Source: Bdellovibrionia bacterium (lineage in GTDB: Bacteria > Bdellovibrionota > UBA1018). Taken from it: a stretch of 12,294 bases of DNA. Below, one piece after another: positions 9,002 to 12,294 of the stretch (position 1 is its first letter; the number at the start of each line of letters is the position of its first letter). Made by a program: the position numbers and the translations under genes. Where the stretch lies: NCBI GenBank assembly GCA_045805065.1, contig JBJMMA010000029.1, forward strand, positions 1 through 12,294, in the 5' to 3' direction. The notes under the pieces are model-generated. The model was given only the letters and a program-made list of their open reading frames with translations. It did not search any database and was not told where the DNA came from.

Positions 9002-9030
9002 GTGACACCAAGGCCTCACCTCGATAGAGT
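9002..9030 (+). promoter_or_regulatory. Putative sigma70 promoter of secA overlapped by an inverted repeat
   Basis: GTGACA (9002-9007), 17-nt spacer, TAGAGT (9025-9030). AGGTGA-N10-TCACCT spans 9000-9021. Confidence 0.4.
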
Positions 9031-9044
9031 CCTTCTGCGAAACT

Positions 9045-12014
9045 ATGGCTATTCAAACTGCACTTGCGAATGTTGGTAAGAAGATTTTTGGCACTCAGAA
9101 CGAACGGGAACTGAAGTCCATTTACCCGATCGTTGCGAAGATCAATCAGCTTGAGCCTACCATTAAGGCTTTAAGCGATGATCAACTCCGCGGAAAAACC
9201 GCTGAGTTCAAAGAGCGCCTCACAAAAGGCGAAACGCTTGATCAAATTCTCCCAGAAGCTTTTGCAGTCGTTCGCGAAGCAGCCTGGCGCTCGATCGGGC
9301 TCCGTCACTATGACGTTCAGCTCATCGGCGGCATTACTCTCCACCGCGGTCGCATCGCTGAAATGCGGACCGGTGAAGGTAAGACGCTGGTTGCTACCCT
9401 TCCAAGTTATCTCAACGCGCTGACCGGAAAAGGCGTTCACGTTATTACGGTGAACGATTACCTGGCTCGCCGTGACGCTCAGGAGATGGGCCACGTTCAT
9501 CGTTTCCTGGGTCTGACGACCGGCATCATTGTCCATGGTCTGTCGGATGCTCAACGTAAGCAAAACTATGCTTGCGACATCACTTACGGAACGAACAACG
9601 AGTTCGGCTTCGATTATCTTCGCGATAATATGAAGTTCCGTCTCGAAGACTACGTCCAACGTGAACTCAATTACTGCATCGTTGACGAAGTCGACTCCAT
9701 TCTCATCGACGAAGCTCGTACCCCGCTCATCATCAGCGGTCCAACGGATGAGACGACTGACCTCTACTACAAGATCAACTCGGCAATTCTTCAAGCGCAA
9801 CTCGTGAAGGGTGAAGAGAAGAAAGAAGGCGACGACCGCGGCGAGACGGGTGACTACACCGTCGAAGAAAAGAGCAAAACCGCATCTCTCACCGAGGCAG
9901 GCGTCGCGAAAATGGAGCGCATCCTCGGGATCGAGAACCTTTACGATCCGATTCACATCGAGCTTTTGCACCATGTGAACCAAGGACTTCGCGCGCACGT
10001 CCTCTTTAAGCGTGACGTGGATTACGTCGTTCGTGACGGTGAAGTCATGATCGTTGACGAGTTCACGGGACGCCTCATGCCAGGCCGTCGCTGGTCCGAT
10101 GGCTTGCATCAAGCCATTGAGGCAAAAGAAGGCGTCAATATCGAAAACGAGAACCAAACTCTCGCAACGATCACCTTCCAGAACTATTTCCGTATGTACA
10201 ACAAGCTTTCCGGAATGACCGGTACTGCTGACACGGAAGCCACTGAGTTCGGCGAAATTTATAAGCTGCAAGTCACGGTCATTCCAACGAATCGCCCGAT
10301 GGTTCGTATGGACCAGGCCGACGTGATCTATAAAGCTGAGCAAGGCAAGTTCAAGGCAATCGCAGAAGAGATCAAGCGCCTCCATGAAAAAGGTCAGCCA
10401 GTTCTTGTGGGTACCGTCTCGGTTGAAAAGTCCGAGCGTCTCTCCCACCTTCTCAAGGGCCTTGGAATCAAGCACAATGTCCTGAACGCCAAACAGCACG
10501 AGCGCGAAGCAGAAATCGTCGCGCAAGCCGGACGCAAAGGCTCTGTCACGATCGCCACGAACATGGCAGGTCGCGGTACCGATATTCTTCTCGGCGGCAA
10601 CGCTGACTTCATGGCGAAACACGAAGTCGGACCAGCTCCAACTCAGACCGCAGAGATGTCTGCTGAAGAGTACGAAGCTCTCCTGGCCGACCATCAACGC
10701 AAGCTCGATGAGAACTCCAAAAAGTGGAAAGAGCTCTGCACAAAAGAGCGCGAAGAAGTGAAGGCCGCAGGCGGTCTTTTCATCTTGGGCACTGAGCGCC
10801 ACGAATCTCGCCGTATCGACAATCAGCTCCGCGGCCGTGCAGGCCGTCAGGGTGACCCAGGCGAAAGCCGTTTCTACCTGTCTTTGGATGACGATCTCAT
10901 GCGTATCTTCGGAAGCGTCAATATCGGACGTTTCATGGAAGACGACATGCCGATTGAGCATAAGTGGATCACGAACGCGATCGCTAACGCTCAAAAGAAG
11001 GTCGAAGGCCATCACTACGACGTTCGTAAACACCTTCTTGAGTACGATGACGTCATGAACCAGCAGCGTAAGGTCGTTTACGCCTGGAGACGTGAAGTTC
11101 TGTCCCAGGAAGCGCTGAAAGACATGATCTTTTCGATGGTGAAGGAGCTTGCCGCAAATATCGGCGAAGAGTTCTTCCCTCGTGGAAAGCTTCGTAAGGA
11201 CAATGGCCAGTCTCATCTCGACATCGACGAGTTGAACAATGCCGTTCGCCAGACTTTCCAGATTGATTCCAATATCCGTGAAGCAGATATCAGCCCATTC
11301 AACAACGTGGGCCTGGCTAATCTGATCACCGATATGGCTCAAAAAGCCTATGAGAAGAAGGCGCAAGATCTTGGACCTGAAATGATGGGCCAGGTTGAGC
11401 GCATGATCCTTCTCACGACGATTGATCATCTGTGGAAAGATCATCTTCTGGCGATGGACCATCTGCGGGAAGGCATTAACCTCAATGCCTACGGCCAGAA
11501 GGATCCACTGATCGAGTACAAGAAGCAGGGCTTTAACTTCTTCCAAATGATGATGGGCCAGATCACGAGCGATGTCGTTCGTAAGATCTTTGCCGTGCAG
11601 CTCGCGCAAGCCGACGAAATGCAGCACGCTCATGACGAAGACCTTGAAGAGGCGCTTGAGCATGAGCTTGGGGATGAAATGGCTGAGGCCTTCCCAGAGC
11701 AATCCATGCAGTACAATATTGCGGAAGACGGCACTCTGGTTCCTCTGAGTGGCCCTCCTTCTGAGGCTGAAGCAGCCGCGCACCCAGCACCTGCTCAAGG
11801 AGTCGCGCCTGATCTGATGGCTCAGATGCGTGCTCCAAGACAGATGAGCATGAGCCGTGGCCCAGTGGGTGGCGGACTTATGGCTGCGAACGGCCCAATG
11901 GCCGAGCCAATGCCATCCTCCTCCGTGGGAGGCTCAGACGTCGATAAGGCTGGAAGAAACGATCCATGTCCTTGTGGAAGCGGCAAAAAGTACAAAAAGT
12001 GCCACGGCGCTTAA
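9045..12014 (+). CDS. secA: Preprotein translocase ATPase SecA
   Basis: 989 aa with [74 protein letters not shown] and a C-terminal SEC-C motif [19 protein letters not shown]. Confidence 0.99.
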   Translation: MAIQTALANVGKKIFGTQNERELKSIYPIVAKINQLEPTIKALSDDQLRGKTAEFKERLTKGETLDQILPEAFAVVREAAWRSIGLRHYDVQLIGGITLHRGRIAEMRTGEGKTLVATLPSYLNALTGKGVHVITVNDYLARRDAQEMGHVHRFLGLTTGIIVHGLSDAQRKQNYACDITYGTNNEFGFDYLRDNMKFRLEDYVQRELNYCIVDEVDSILIDEARTPLIISGPTDETTDLYYKINSAILQAQLVKGEEKKEGDDRGETGDYTVEEKSKTASLTEAGVAKMERILGIENLYDPIHIELLHHVNQGLRAHVLFKRDVDYVVRDGEVMIVDEFTGRLMPGRRWSDGLHQAIEAKEGVNIENENQTLATITFQNYFRMYNKLSGMTGTADTEATEFGEIYKLQVTVIPTNRPMVRMDQADVIYKAEQGKFKAIAEEIKRLHEKGQPVLVGTVSVEKSERLSHLLKGLGIKHNVLNAKQHEREAEIVAQAGRKGSVTIATNMAGRGTDILLGGNADFMAKHEVGPAPTQTAEMSAEEYEALLADHQRKLDENSKKWKELCTKEREEVKAAGGLFILGTERHESRRIDNQLRGRAGRQGDPGESRFYLSLDDDLMRIFGSVNIGRFMEDDMPIEHKWITNAIANAQKKVEGHHYDVRKHLLEYDDVMNQQRKVVYAWRREVLSQEALKDMIFSMVKELAANIGEEFFPRGKLRKDNGQSHLDIDELNNAVRQTFQIDSNIREADISPFNNVGLANLITDMAQKAYEKKAQDLGPEMMGQVERMILLTTIDHLWKDHLLAMDHLREGINLNAYGQKDPLIEYKKQGFNFFQMMMGQITSDVVRKIFAVQLAQADEMQHAHDEDLEEALEHELGDEMAEAFPEQSMQYNIAEDGTLVPLSGPPSEAEAAAHPAPAQGVAPDLMAQMRAPRQMSMSRGPVGGGLMAANGPMAEPMPSSSVGGSDVDKAGRNDPCPCGSGKKYKKCHGA

Positions 12015-12025
12015 GTTCGGTTATA

Positions 12026-12062
12026 CTCTAAGGGAGACCCCATAAGTGGGTCTCCTTTAGAG
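12026..12062 (+). other. Strong 15-bp stem-loop downstream of secA (terminator-like/stabilising; overlaps next RBS)
   Basis: CTCTAAGGGAGACCC-CATAAGT-GGGTCTCCTTTAGAG. The single mismatch is a G-U pair on the plus strand. Only a short TTT follows the inner stem. Confidence 0.7.
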
Positions 12063-12068
12063 GACTCA

Positions 12069-12294
12069 ATGACCGACGATTCTGAAAAATCCAAAAAGTT
12101 TGAGTTCAACGCGGCGGACATTCCTGGGCTTGATTTAACGCCCGAGCAGCAGCCTGAAACCACGTTCGCCCCTCTCGCCGAGCAGGATCCCGTGCCGGGG
12201 ACGGGCGTGCTCAAGCTCGGCTATCCGATCGAGGTGCAGCGGGGGATCGAGGCGCAGAAAGGCCGGCCCGCCTCGGCTCGTTTCGGCGCCGTGC
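12069..12294 (+). CDS. Hypothetical protein, 5' fragment (runs off right edge)
   Basis: AGAGGA SD at 12059-12064 and ATG at 12069, open to the window end: MTDDSEKSKKFEFNAADIPGLDLTPEQQPETTFAPLAEQDPVPGTGVLKLGYPIEVQRG... No recognisable domain. Not in the ORF track. Confidence 0.6.
   Translation, partial: MTDDSEKSKKFEFNAADIPGLDLTPEQQPETTFAPLAEQDPVPGTGVLKLGYPIEVQRGIEAQKGRPASARFGAV

Noticed and set aside
9171..11798. 875-aa antisense ORF inside secA
   Set aside because: It is exactly in codon register with secA and ends at a sense TTA codon (9171-9173). It reflects avoidance of TTA/CTA/TCA codons, and the product has no recognisable motifs.
12026..12062. 37-bp palindrome as a CRISPR repeat or IS end
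   Set aside because: Single copy in the window with no spacers, cas genes or transposase.
12011..12214. 67-aa minus-strand ORF after secA
   Set aside because: It overlaps the plus-strand ORF at 12069, which has a proper SD and ATG, and has no supporting features.

Overview
Bacterial chromosomal DNA of moderate GC. It looks like a diderm deltaproteobacterium-like lineage such as Bdellovibrionota, but that is inferred from gene content and codon style only. Two gene blocks diverge from a ~300-bp intergenic region (4659-4954). The minus strand carries a complete three-gene module: prkA/yeaG-type AAA+ ATPase/Ser kinase, yeaH/yhbH (DUF444, vWA-like) and spoVR/ycgB. The spoVR gene runs off the left edge and is missing from the ORF track. 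The plus strand carries a PP2C Ser/Thr phosphatase overlapping (ATGA) a membrane-anchored M23 peptidase, an LtaS/sulfatase-superfamily membrane enzyme with divergent codon usage, secA with an unusually long C-terminal linker, and the 5' end of an unknown gene that is also absent from the track. I found no RNA genes, CRISPR arrays or mobile elements. All complete genes belong to known families. The possible novelty is in the arrangement (kinase/AAA+ module head-to-head with a phosphatase-cell-envelope operon) and in several structured intergenic elements.
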